Origin: a virus
IMG/VR virus record: IMGVR_UViG_3300005830_000058
Span: 1-45,251 of that record
Length of the DNA stretch: 45,251 bases
Direction: 5' to 3' (one strand)
Both the position numbers and the translations under genes were made by a program. Every line of letters begins with the position of its first letter. The first letter of the stretch is position 1. This document shows positions 24,987-33,003 of the stretch, piece by piece. Under the pieces are notes generated by a model. It had not been told where the DNA came from. It made no database searches and was given only the letters and a program-made list of their open reading frames with translations.

Positions 24987-25425
24987 CCCCCGCCTGGAGA
25001 AGATCGTCAGGGAGTGCGCGGAGAATGTCCGCTGCCACCTATTCGCGGACTCGCGCGAGCGGCCAGAGGATACGTCGGATGCGATCATCCTCCGCGCCCT
25101 GGAGGCCGCGCGGGCGGAGGACGCGCAGACGATCGAGCGGCTACAGCAAACGCACTGGCATCGAGAGGCGCAGGCCAATGCGGAGGATGCCAGGGTTTAT
25201 GCAGCTCGCGCCGAGAAGGCCGAGGCCCTGGAGGCCGCGACCCTCAAGGATCTTGACTCGGCCAAGATCCGCGCCGAGAAGGCCGAGGCCCGCCTCGCCG
25301 CGCTCCGCGCCATCGTGGACGACCAGGCCGAGTCCCTGGCCCTCTGGTTCCTCCAGCCGACCGCAAGCGAGGCGCTCCTCCAGAGCGAGCTTAGGCGGCT
25401 GCACGCCGCGATCGAGGAGGAGTGA
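24961..25425 (+). CDS. Coiled-coil protein of the DPRLEKI family (148-154 aa).
   Basis: Listed ORF. The likely start is the GTG at 24979 (VHDPRLEKIVRECAENV), preceded by GGAGGGG. It has a long Ala/Glu-rich helical region. Confidence 0.65.
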   Translation: MDGGAPVHDPRLEKIVRECAENVRCHLFADSRERPEDTSDAIILRALEAARAEDAQTIERLQQTHWHREAQANAEDARVYAARAEKAEALEAATLKDLDSAKIRAEKAEARLAALRAIVDDQAESLALWFLQPTASEALLQSELRRLHAAIEEE

Positions 25426-25775
25426 TGAATCTCATGGACGAGCTGGACGACCCCATCGAGGTGTGCAAGTCCTGTCTGCGCCAGGTCGCGTCCGAACAGG
25501 ACTGGAATGACATCCCGGAGGGAGAAGGCGTGCATCTCTGCTGGGAGCCTAAGATATGCCAGGTCCAGCCGCAGGATGTCGGCGGCCCTGACGCCGCCTA
25601 CGAGGTTGCCAGCCTCCGCGCCCGCCTCGCCGCAGCCGAGAAGGTGATCGGCGATCTTGAGTGGCGTGGAGCCCCGGCTGGTGGCGAGCGAACATGTCCG
25701 ATGTGCTTCCATCAGGAATCGGCTGGACACGACACTGGCTGCGCCCTCGCCGAGCACGACAAGGAGACCGCATGA
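25422..25775 (+). CDS. Cys-rich hypothetical protein, 117 aa.
   Basis: Listed ORF. It carries CKSC ... CWEPKIC ... CPMC ... GC. Confidence 0.6.
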   Translation: MMNLMDELDDPIEVCKSCLRQVASEQDWNDIPEGEGVHLCWEPKICQVQPQDVGGPDAAYEVASLRARLAAAEKVIGDLEWRGAPAGGERTCPMCFHQESAGHDTGCALAEHDKETA

Positions 25776-25954
25776 CCCACGCCGACCCACACGACCGCGC
25801 CGAGACCCGCTCCGGTGAACCCGACATCCACCTGTTCCGGCTCCATGAGCTAGGCTGGACAGGCACCTTCCCCACGACCGAGCCCGAGACGGAGGAGACT
25901 TCTGGACCTGTAACCGAACGGCCCAAGGAGGGCCTCGAACCATGCGACGACTGA
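25772..25954 (+). CDS. Small acidic protein, about 60 aa.
   Basis: The ATG at 25772 (ATGA overlap) lies within listed ORF 25661..25954. Confidence 0.5.
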   Translation: MTHADPHDRAETRSGEPDIHLFRLHELGWTGTFPTTEPETEETSGPVTERPKEGLEPCDD

Positions 25955-26502
25955 TCGTTTCCTGCGCGGCGCTGCTCATGCTCGCCGCGTACCAGCCCGC
26001 AACCGCATCCGGCACTCACCCCGGAGCGCCGCCGACCGCGACGTTCGGTGGCGGTGACGAGAGCATCGGCTCGCTGCCGACTCCGCTCGGCCAGCTCCAG
26101 ACGCCGCGCAACGCGACGATCGGATGGGGCGAGGCGGGCTTCACCGAGAGGAAGGAGAAGGTCGAGCCCGGCAAGGACTACTGCGCGCCGTCCGGCGTCT
26201 GCGTCGAGAACGACACGGCCTCGACCGGCAACGCCTACGTCACCAAGGGCACCGCCGCGACGGAGATCACCACGAAGAGCGGCTTCGAGGGCAGCATCTA
26301 CAACCTCGCCACCGGGCAGAGCGTGGATCTCGGCTCGAACCAGGACGTGGATATCTCGGGGACCGGCGGCACCGTCGAGATCGGCGGCGGGTCGGAGGTT
26401 GACGTGACCGCCGACGCCGGCGGATCGGGCATCACGGTCACCCTGCAAGGCGGCCAGGTTGTCACGGTCGCGGCTGGTTCCTCGGCGCACTTCTCGACCT
26501 GA
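25942..26502 (+). CDS. Secreted protein, 186 aa, with a Sec-type signal peptide.
   Basis: MRRLIVSCAALLMLAAYQPATA/SG shows an AxA-type cleavage site. The C-terminus is Gly/Thr/Val-rich and beta-like. Confidence 0.7.
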   Translation: MRRLIVSCAALLMLAAYQPATASGTHPGAPPTATFGGGDESIGSLPTPLGQLQTPRNATIGWGEAGFTERKEKVEPGKDYCAPSGVCVENDTASTGNAYVTKGTAATEITTKSGFEGSIYNLATGQSVDLGSNQDVDISGTGGTVEIGGGSEVDVTADAGGSGITVTLQGGQVVTVAAGSSAHFST

Positions 26503-26505
26503 GCC

Positions 26506-27123
26506 ATGCGTGCCCTGCTCACCTACTCGATCGTGATCCTCATCGGCATGGGGTGGCTCTACCTCGTCGTCGGGTTCACGTCGAACGAAGTGGGGGCCGC
26601 CGTGCCGCCCGCTGTCTACGAGGGCGCGGCGATGCAGTCCGTTCGGGCTGCTCTCGTCACGCCCGAGCGGGAGCCTGTCGACGTGCAGGACGAGGGCGAG
26701 CGTCTCGACCTGGACGAGCACGGACAGACCCTGCGGGAGCGGTCCCTCAACCGCCAGGAGGTGCGCGAGCTGATCCAGCACGTCGCACCGGACGAGCCCA
26801 TCGGAGGGATCACGCCCTACGAGCGATGGCTGTTGGGCACTGATCTAGCCGACACGACCGTTGAGCAGCGCAACCAAGTGCGCTGGATGCTCGAAGAGAT
26901 CCCGATTCAGCTCCGACCTGGAGAGGCTGAGTGGATCATCGAGCGCGCCGCGCTCGATGACTGGAAGCTCCACGGGGAGACCCGTGACGTCGCGTTTATC
27001 ACGTTCCTTGGGCCGAAGCGGGTCCTCCAAGAGGCCAGCCCGGAGCTGCTCGCGCAGCTTCGCGCGGACTTCGACGAGTCCGACTGGAGCTATCTCTTCG
27101 GGAGCCCCAAGCCCTCGAAGTAG
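26506..27123 (+). CDS. Membrane-anchored protein, 205 aa, with a single N-terminal TM helix.
   Basis: The N-terminus is MRALLTYSIVILIGMGWLYLVVGF, followed by a soluble acidic domain. Confidence 0.7.
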   Translation: MRALLTYSIVILIGMGWLYLVVGFTSNEVGAAVPPAVYEGAAMQSVRAALVTPEREPVDVQDEGERLDLDEHGQTLRERSLNRQEVRELIQHVAPDEPIGGITPYERWLLGTDLADTTVEQRNQVRWMLEEIPIQLRPGEAEWIIERAALDDWKLHGETRDVAFITFLGPKRVLQEASPELLAQLRADFDESDWSYLFGSPKPSK

Positions 27124-27180
27124 ACTCACGGGGCACTTCCCCGCCCCAGCACCGATCACCGGCCCGAGAAGGAAGAGACC

Positions 27181-28650
27181 ATGCCCACGACTCCGAACAC
27201 CGAAGCCTTCGATCTCGACATCGCCCCCTTCTTCGACAAGCACGAGATCGTGCTCGATGAGAACGGCGGCTACCACGGAACATCCTTCGGGTCGAAGGCC
27301 GCCGCCATGAACATCGGTGGACTCAAGCACCCGAGGACGTGGGGGCCAGAGAAGAACGGCCTGCACATCCGGGGCAACGGGGCGCACCTGTACCCGAACG
27401 TCTACACCGTCCCGCCGAACAAGGCGGCGGAAGCGGCAACGAAGGCCGCCGCGCTCATGGCTGCGGGCGCGACCGAGGCTGAGATGATCGCTGGGCTGCA
27501 TCCGATCGTCGGCTACCAGCTCGCGAAGAACTGCGCGAAGATCGCTCAGGGCGCTGACGATGCGCACGATGCCGTCTTCGCCTACCTCTCGAACATCCAC
27601 TCATTCTACGGCGATTCGCTCACCATCGACTCGACGTGCGGGGACTACGTGCTCGTCGAGGACGTGACAATCCACGGGGGCGGGTCGGGCTGTCACGCAG
27701 GCATCGACCTGTGGAGGAGCCCGGTCGGCGGGACGCAGACGGTGGAGTTCCGAAACTGCCGGTGGGTGTCCGATCTCGGAAACGGGAGTATCGCCAAGTG
27801 GGCCATCAACGCCTGGAACACGAACCTCATCGTGCGACAGGGAATCTGGGACTGGGGCGAGGCCGTCGAGCACGCGAACTACCCCCACGGCGAGGCCGCG
27901 ACCCCGATCCCCGGCACCGAGCTCGTGCTCTCGGGCTTCCTCTACGAGGACTGCCACATCAAGTCCGTGGGAGCCGAGGGCTACCGCCAGGTGCGTCGCC
28001 CCTACGTGAGCTACTACGACCCGAACCTCGAGCCGGGAGGATGGGCGGACATCAAGGCGAAGTACGAGACGCCCGACCAGGGCACGCACTGGCACGAGAA
28101 CAAGCTGTCCATGTACCGCCGCTGCCGGATCGAGCAGTTCGGCCAGCCGTGGTCCTACCGTGGCGGCGCGGGCTTCAATTTCTCCGCGTCGGGCGGACAC
28201 GTCATCGTCGACCAGTGTTCCGCGCTCGGCGCTCCGGGTCGGAAGTTCCCCGCCTTCACGTCCCTCGAGGAAAACCGCTTCTTCGACACGAACGGCGTGG
28301 CTCAGGAATCGGCGGGCCGCATCGACCGGGGCATCGCGAGCATGACGGTCAGGAATTCCTGCTTCGCGTTCCAGTACGAGCCGTGGAACTGGGGCAACCA
28401 CCCCATGCCCATCGTCACGTCTGAGAACGCCCTCGCGGTGACGATCGAGAACTGCGGCATCTACGGGCACGGCGACGTGCGCGTGAAGGAGAACGACGCC
28501 GTCACCATCAAGGGCTGCAACACGAACGCGATCCGGGAGGCGTGCGAGAAGCGCTACCCCGAGATCGCAGCGCTGCCGAACGCGAAGTACGTCAGCTACC
28601 CCGGCGGCTTCCACCCCGACATCACCAAGGATCTCGTCTGGTCCAAGTAG
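27181..28650 (+). CDS. Right-handed beta-helix-like protein, 489 aa, encoded in the early-strand module.
   Basis: It has a GAAGGAAGAG SD and periodic rungs: LVEDVTIHG, VEFRNCRWV, LYEDCHIKS, VIVDQCSAL, MTVRNSCFA, VTIENCGIY, VTIKGCNTN. I see no signal peptide. Confidence 0.7.
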   Translation: MPTTPNTEAFDLDIAPFFDKHEIVLDENGGYHGTSFGSKAAAMNIGGLKHPRTWGPEKNGLHIRGNGAHLYPNVYTVPPNKAAEAATKAAALMAAGATEAEMIAGLHPIVGYQLAKNCAKIAQGADDAHDAVFAYLSNIHSFYGDSLTIDSTCGDYVLVEDVTIHGGGSGCHAGIDLWRSPVGGTQTVEFRNCRWVSDLGNGSIAKWAINAWNTNLIVRQGIWDWGEAVEHANYPHGEAATPIPGTELVLSGFLYEDCHIKSVGAEGYRQVRRPYVSYYDPNLEPGGWADIKAKYETPDQGTHWHENKLSMYRRCRIEQFGQPWSYRGGAGFNFSASGGHVIVDQCSALGAPGRKFPAFTSLEENRFFDTNGVAQESAGRIDRGIASMTVRNSCFAFQYEPWNWGNHPMPIVTSENALAVTIENCGIYGHGDVRVKENDAVTIKGCNTNAIREACEKRYPEIAALPNAKYVSYPGGFHPDITKDLVWSK

Positions 28651-28754
28651 CGAGCACCGCGCGGAGAAATCCACCTGCCTATCCAACGCGGCAACGCCGC
28701 AGAAGTGTGTCAGGGGGGTGCTGCTGCGCGCGGGGCATGTCTCTTCGTCATCGG

Positions 28755-28805
28755 CACCCCTCGTCACCCGTTCCCACCGGTGGCGGGGGGTGCTTTCTTG
28801 TTGTG
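28755..28805 (+). terminator. Candidate intrinsic terminator after the beta-helix gene.
   Basis: The stem gcacccc (28755..28761) / ggggtgc (28788..28794) encloses the palindrome ccaccggtgg and is followed by tttcttgttgt. Confidence 0.5.
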
Positions 28806-28810
28806 CCCCT

Positions 28811-28839
28811 TGCGGCCCCGGGTGATCCGGGGTACGTTC
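28811..28839 (+). promoter_or_regulatory. Candidate sigma70-type promoter, TTGCGG-N17-TACGTT, with a palindromic spacer.
   Basis: The spacer ccccgg-gtgat-ccgggg is a 6-bp inverted repeat. The element lies about 40 nt upstream of the ATG at 28882 and resembles 19910..19939. Confidence 0.35.
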
Positions 28840-28881
28840 CAAGTGAACCGGGCGGCACCAAGGCCGCAGAAGGGACTCGCC

Positions 28882-29247
28882 ATGACAGGAACGAACAGTC
28901 ACACGCCGGGGCCGTGGATCCCCCAGAGGGCCGACTCTCACTTTTGGCATGTGGACGCGCCGCCTCCCAGCAAGCGTGGATCGGCGGTCCGTGTCGCGAC
29001 AACGATCCGAGGCAAGGCGGACACCCTCCTGATCGCCGCCGCCCCCGACATGCTGTCCGAACTGAAGCTGGCAGCCGATCGCCTGGAGATGGCGCTGGAG
29101 GAGCTCTCCAACGTCAGCGAGTGGATCCGACCTGACGTTCCCACCGTCAAGGACGGGGTGCGCGCGCTCCTCGGCGCGGCCCACGACCACGACTGGGTGG
29201 GCGCCGCCCGCGCCGCGATCGCCAAGGCGGAAGGCGGTGCGTCGTGA
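28882..29247 (+). CDS. Ead/Ea22-like protein, about 121 aa.
   Basis: The ATG at 28882 lies within listed ORF 28705..29247. It carries HTPGPW ... LLIAAAPDMLSELK and ends AIAKAEGGAS. Confidence 0.65.
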   Translation: MTGTNSHTPGPWIPQRADSHFWHVDAPPPSKRGSAVRVATTIRGKADTLLIAAAPDMLSELKLAADRLEMALEELSNVSEWIRPDVPTVKDGVRALLGAAHDHDWVGAARAAIAKAEGGAS

Positions 29248-29645
29248 GCGGGCACACGCCGGGACAGTGGAGATCGTACTTGGAGGCCCGGATCCGGTCC
29301 GGCAGCCCTATCGACGTTGAGGAGATGCGGAGGCTTCTGTCTCTCGCCAAGCAGGACGAGCGACATTGGACGTACCTCTCGGACTTTGCAGACGCACTCG
29401 AAGACGAAGCGCAGCGCGCAGGATTTACGATCGACGCAGAGCACGGGCTTGATGAAGCCATGCACGAGTGTATCCGCCGCGCCGTCGCCGCCCCCGAGAT
29501 GCTGGAGGCGCTGCGCGAGCTGCTCGACGCTCTCGGACTGAGAGAGTCGATCGAGTTTCCGAGCCGAAAGGCCTGCGATCGGTACGAGGTTGCCTACCGC
29601 GAAGCCCGCGCCGCCATCGCCCAGGCGGAAGGGGGTGTAGCGTGA
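29244..29645 (+). CDS. Ead/Ea22-like protein, 133 aa. Tandem paralog of the previous gene.
   Basis: It carries HTPGQW ... AVAAPEMLEALREL and ends AIAQAEGGVA, with a GTGA overlap. Confidence 0.65.
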   Translation: MSGHTPGQWRSYLEARIRSGSPIDVEEMRRLLSLAKQDERHWTYLSDFADALEDEAQRAGFTIDAEHGLDEAMHECIRRAVAAPEMLEALRELLDALGLRESIEFPSRKACDRYEVAYREARAAIAQAEGGVA

Positions 29646-30016
29646 ACCCCACAGCTAAGCGCCCGTGGCATGTTGTGATAACGGAGACCCTCGCCGGAAT
29701 AGAGCAACCCGTGAGTAGCACATACACCAAACCCAAGGCTGACCTTGTCGATGCCGACTGGGTCCGCCGGCAGATCGGCGAGCGCGAGCACTGCCGCTCG
29801 ATCTTCTCCGTCGAGGACTACTACGACGAGGACAACCTCCTCGCCGGCGAGTGGCTCGTCTTGTGGATCGGCGACTCCTGCACCACCAGCCTGCGCGGCG
29901 AGTGGCTCATCTCGCGCGATGACGCCGACGCCTGGTTCGAGCGTGGCGAGCGCGGCCTTGCCTCGCTGGTGGACGCCTGCCGCCGCACACCGAACGAGAT
30001 TGAGGACCCGCAATGA
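29642..30016 (+). CDS. Hypothetical protein, about 124 aa.
   Basis: The GTG at 29642 (GTGA overlap) lies within listed ORF 29468..30016. The upstream part is Arg-rich and looks artefactual. Confidence 0.6.
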   Translation: MNPTAKRPWHVVITETLAGIEQPVSSTYTKPKADLVDADWVRRQIGEREHCRSIFSVEDYYDEDNLLAGEWLVLWIGDSCTTSLRGEWLISRDDADAWFERGERGLASLVDACRRTPNEIEDPQ

Positions 30017-30333
30017 ACACCGACATCACCCTTCACGGCATCGAGAGCGGCGACGAGTTCTTCGGCCCGCCGAGAGTCGCCCGCCTTCCGAACGGCCGAC
30101 TCGCCATCGCACTCAAGCTGCGCACTCGGGTCGCCAGCACGGAGATCGGCGTCGTCGTCACCGGCGAGGCTGCCGCGCTGTCCGTTGCACGGCATCTGGA
30201 GGAACTGGCGCAGGCGCTGCGCGCCGCGTGCGCCGAAGCATTCGCGCGCGGTTTCTTTGGCGAGTCTCCGCGCCAGGGCGGGGCGGCGGGACTACACGCC
30301 GCCTCGCCCGCTCCTCCCGTCGAGCGGCGCTGA
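30013..30333 (+). CDS. Hypothetical protein, 106 aa.
   Basis: Listed ORF with an ATGA overlap. Confidence 0.6.
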   Translation: MNTDITLHGIESGDEFFGPPRVARLPNGRLAIALKLRTRVASTEIGVVVTGEAAALSVARHLEELAQALRAACAEAFARGFFGESPRQGGAAGLHAASPAPPVERR

Positions 30334-31283
30334 TGCGCCACGAGTTCGCGACCCGCGAGGAGTGGCTCGCCGCACGCGGCCTCGGGGCGAGCGACATCGC
30401 CGCCGCGCTGGGGCTCAGCCCGTACCAGTCGGCCTACGAGCTCTGGGCCATCCGCTCGAAGCTCTTGCCCGAGCCCGACCTGTCCGATCGCTGGACCGTG
30501 CAGGCCGGCATCGCGCTCGAGCCCGTCGTGGAGCGCTGGTACGCCGAGGAGAACGCCGAGCTGTACGAGTGCGACTTCTCCTCGGGCCGTCACGTCCTCT
30601 ACACCCACGACGAGTATCCCTGGCTGACCGCGTCGCCCGACTCCATGCTCGTGAACCGCGAGACGGGCGAGGAGGGCGTGCTTCAGCTCAAGACCACGTC
30701 CATCTGGAACGCGGACGCCTGGGTGGGCGGAGCGCCCCTGATTCACCAGGTCCAGGTGCAGGGCGAGATGGCCTGCACGGGGCTCTCGTTCGCCGTGCTG
30801 GCATGCATGCTGGGCGACCTGCAACCGCTCTACGCCGCGCACCTCTCGGGCGTGCCGATCGAGACGCTGCTCGACATGGCGCGGAGCGAGCACCTCCAGT
30901 GCGAGCTGCGCTACTACGTCGTGCCGCGCAATGAGCGCTTCATCGAGTGGATGCTCGCCGGGCTGCGCACCTTCCTCGACCACGTCGAGAGCGGCAACCC
31001 GCCCGCGCCTGACGGGTCGGACTCGTCCTACAAGACGATGGTCCGCCTGCTCGACGACACGCGCGAGAAGCCGGCCGAGCTGAACGCCACCGCCGATCTG
31101 CTCTGCGAGCAGTACGAGGAACTTCTTGCCGAGGAGCGCTCGATCGCCATCCGCAAGAAGGCCGTGCGCAATTCGCTCGTCCACATGCTCGACAAGAGCC
31201 CGAAGGGCACCACGCCCGCCGGCCGTCGGGTATCGTGTGGTAGCAAGTTCACGATATCGCCACCTAGAAAGGACTCGCCATGA
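30333..31283 (+). CDS. YqaJ/lambda-exonuclease-like recombination exonuclease, about 316 aa.
   Basis: The ATG at 30333 lies within listed ORF 29745..31283. It carries GLGASDIAAALGLSPYQSAYELW ... GIALEP ... ASPDSML ... LQLKTT, and it is paired with a downstream SSAP. Confidence 0.75.
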   Translation: MRHEFATREEWLAARGLGASDIAAALGLSPYQSAYELWAIRSKLLPEPDLSDRWTVQAGIALEPVVERWYAEENAELYECDFSSGRHVLYTHDEYPWLTASPDSMLVNRETGEEGVLQLKTTSIWNADAWVGGAPLIHQVQVQGEMACTGLSFAVLACMLGDLQPLYAAHLSGVPIETLLDMARSEHLQCELRYYVVPRNERFIEWMLAGLRTFLDHVESGNPPAPDGSDSSYKTMVRLLDDTREKPAELNATADLLCEQYEELLAEERSIAIRKKAVRNSLVHMLDKSPKGTTPAGRRVSCGSKFTISPPRKDSP

Positions 31284-32185
31284 GTGAAGAACGACGGATC
31301 GTAGAAGTCGGTCGTCGCGGGGTAACGCTCGCGAACTGGGACGACGTGAAGGGCTTCGCCCGCGCGATCGTCGCGGCGGACATGGTCCCCTACGCGCTAC
31401 TCGACAAGAGCGGCGACACCGAGCGTTCGATCACCCGCGTCGCGATCGTCATCGAGTCCGGGCTCGAGATGGGCCTTGCGCCGATGACGTCCATGCGCGG
31501 GTTCGCGGTCATCAACAACATGCCCGCCATCTACGGCGCGGTCGGCCTTGGGGTCTGCCAGAGCACCGGGCGTCTCGAGTCCGTCCGCGAGTGGTACGAA
31601 GTCGAGGGGCAGGCGGTCGCCCAGCCCAGCGACGACCCGACGTGTACGGCCTTCTGCGAAGTAAAGGCGCGGGACTGGACGGAGCCGTACGTCGGCAAGT
31701 TCTCCGTCGCTCAGGCCGTGGCCGCTGGCTTCTGGAAGAAGACCGACCGGAGTGGGAAGCCCTCCCTCTGGGTGACGCGCCGGTACGAGATGTTGATGTG
31801 GAAAGCGCGCTGGCGCGGCTACCGCGTGCCGTTCGCGCACGAGCTGAACGGGGTGCCCTTCTACGAGGAGGCGATCGACTACGAGCCGCAGGAGCCCCGT
31901 GACGCCGAGTTCACCACGAAGGCGCCGAAGACCCTGGACGAACTGGTGGACGGCGCCACGGCCCCTGAGAGCGCGCCTGACGCGACCGAGGTGGAGCAGC
32001 CCCCCGACGACGAGTTCCCCAAGGACGCGCCCGTTGGGACCGTCTGGGAGGCGCCTGGCGGGCAGCCGTGGGTGCTGCTTCCGACCGGGAAGTGGGAGAT
32101 GATCCCGAGCGAGGGAGAGATGACCAGCGACATCGTTGAGCGCATCAAGAGCGAGCGCAAGCTGTCTGGTGACCTGCCGTGGTAG
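31280..32185 (+). CDS. Single-strand annealing protein (RecT/Red-beta-like), 301 aa.
   Basis: Listed ORF. It lies immediately downstream of, and overlaps, the exonuclease gene. The core reads GLEMGLAPMTSMRGFAVINNMPAIYG, followed by an acidic C-terminal tail. Confidence 0.6.
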   Translation: MSEERRIVEVGRRGVTLANWDDVKGFARAIVAADMVPYALLDKSGDTERSITRVAIVIESGLEMGLAPMTSMRGFAVINNMPAIYGAVGLGVCQSTGRLESVREWYEVEGQAVAQPSDDPTCTAFCEVKARDWTEPYVGKFSVAQAVAAGFWKKTDRSGKPSLWVTRRYEMLMWKARWRGYRVPFAHELNGVPFYEEAIDYEPQEPRDAEFTTKAPKTLDELVDGATAPESAPDATEVEQPPDDEFPKDAPVGTVWEAPGGQPWVLLPTGKWEMIPSEGEMTSDIVERIKSERKLSGDLPW

Positions 32186-32325
32186 GCACGAACCTCTGGG
32201 ACCACCTGCACCGCCTGGTCCAGGTCGTAGATGATCTGTACGCCCGCGTCGCGATCACCTTCGTCTTCTGCATCGTCACGTTCCTGCTGTCCGTTGCCGC
32301 CCTGATCGTCGCGATCTGGAAGTGA
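32179..32325 (+). CDS. Small single-TM peptide, about 48 aa. Not in the ORF track.
   Basis: My manual translation from the GTG at 32179 gives VGTNLWDHLHRLVQVVDDLYARVAITFVFCIVTFLLSVAALIVAIWK. It fills the gap between two genes, and its stop overlaps the next start. Confidence 0.4.
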   Translation: MVGTNLWDHLHRLVQVVDDLYARVAITFVFCIVTFLLSVAALIVAIWK

Positions 32326-32654
32326 TGCCTGCCACCGACAATCCCACCCCGCTTCCCCCTGGCGTCGCCAAGCTCAACGCGATGCTATGCGGATGCTGCA
32401 CCAACGAGAACACCTGGGTCCCGATCCTGGAGGAGCTGGAGAGGCTCGATCGCGGCGAGTACCAGGGCGAGGACGGCCTCGCCGCAGCGATCGTGGATCA
32501 CCTGCACCTGTCCGAGCACGGAGTCTCGATCCGCGCTGGGTGGCTGACGGAGGAGGGAAAGGCCGCCCTGTCGTTCCTGCGCGAGTGGGGAGTTGACTGG
32601 ATGGACAAGGGCGAGTTCATCGACGACGAAGGCGTCTCACACGGGTTCTGGTAG
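32322..32654 (+). CDS. Hypothetical protein, 110 aa.
   Basis: Listed ORF. Confidence 0.6.
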   Translation: MMPATDNPTPLPPGVAKLNAMLCGCCTNENTWVPILEELERLDRGEYQGEDGLAAAIVDHLHLSEHGVSIRAGWLTEEGKAALSFLREWGVDWMDKGEFIDDEGVSHGFW

Positions 32655-32658
32655 TGCA

Positions 32659-33003
32659 ATGTCCAAGCCCCTCCCCGTCCGCCACGATCTCAAGCGCCCG
32701 AAGTACGGCACCTCGCCGAAGGACCAGCGCACCTGCGACGGGATCGTCTTCGACTCCAAGAAGGAGATGCGGCGCTACCAGTACCTCAAGCTCGAGAAGA
32801 AGGCCGGCAACGTGCTCACGTTCCTGCGGCAGACGCCGTTTCACCTGCCGGGGGACAGCCGCTACGTCTGCGACTTCACCGTCTTCTGGTCCGACGGGCG
32901 CGTGACGTTCGAGGACGTGAAGGGCGTGCGCACCGAGCAGTACAAGCTCAAGAAGCGCCAGGTCGAGGAGATCTACGCGCCGATCACGATCCTGGAGATT
33001 TAG
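32659..33003 (+). CDS. DUF1064-like protein (PD-(D/E)xK fold family), about 114 aa.
   Basis: The ATG at 32659 lies within listed ORF 32593..33003. It carries CDGIVFDSKKEMRRYQYLKL ... YVCDFTVFWSDGRVTFEDVKG ... YKLKKRQ. Confidence 0.65.
   Translation: MSKPLPVRHDLKRPKYGTSPKDQRTCDGIVFDSKKEMRRYQYLKLEKKAGNVLTFLRQTPFHLPGDSRYVCDFTVFWSDGRVTFEDVKGVRTEQYKLKKRQVEEIYAPITILEI

Noticed and set aside
28696-28872. 10-nt direct repeats (gccgcagaag at 28696 and 28863) as target-site duplications of a small inserted element.
   Set aside because: The sequence between them has no terminal inverted repeats or transposase. A 10-mer repeat in GC-rich DNA is weak evidence.
29745-30332. N-terminal 196 residues of listed ORF 29745..31283 (512 aa).
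   Set aside because: It is Arg/Ser/Thr-rich and overlaps two better ORFs. The exonuclease motif block begins right after ATG 30333.
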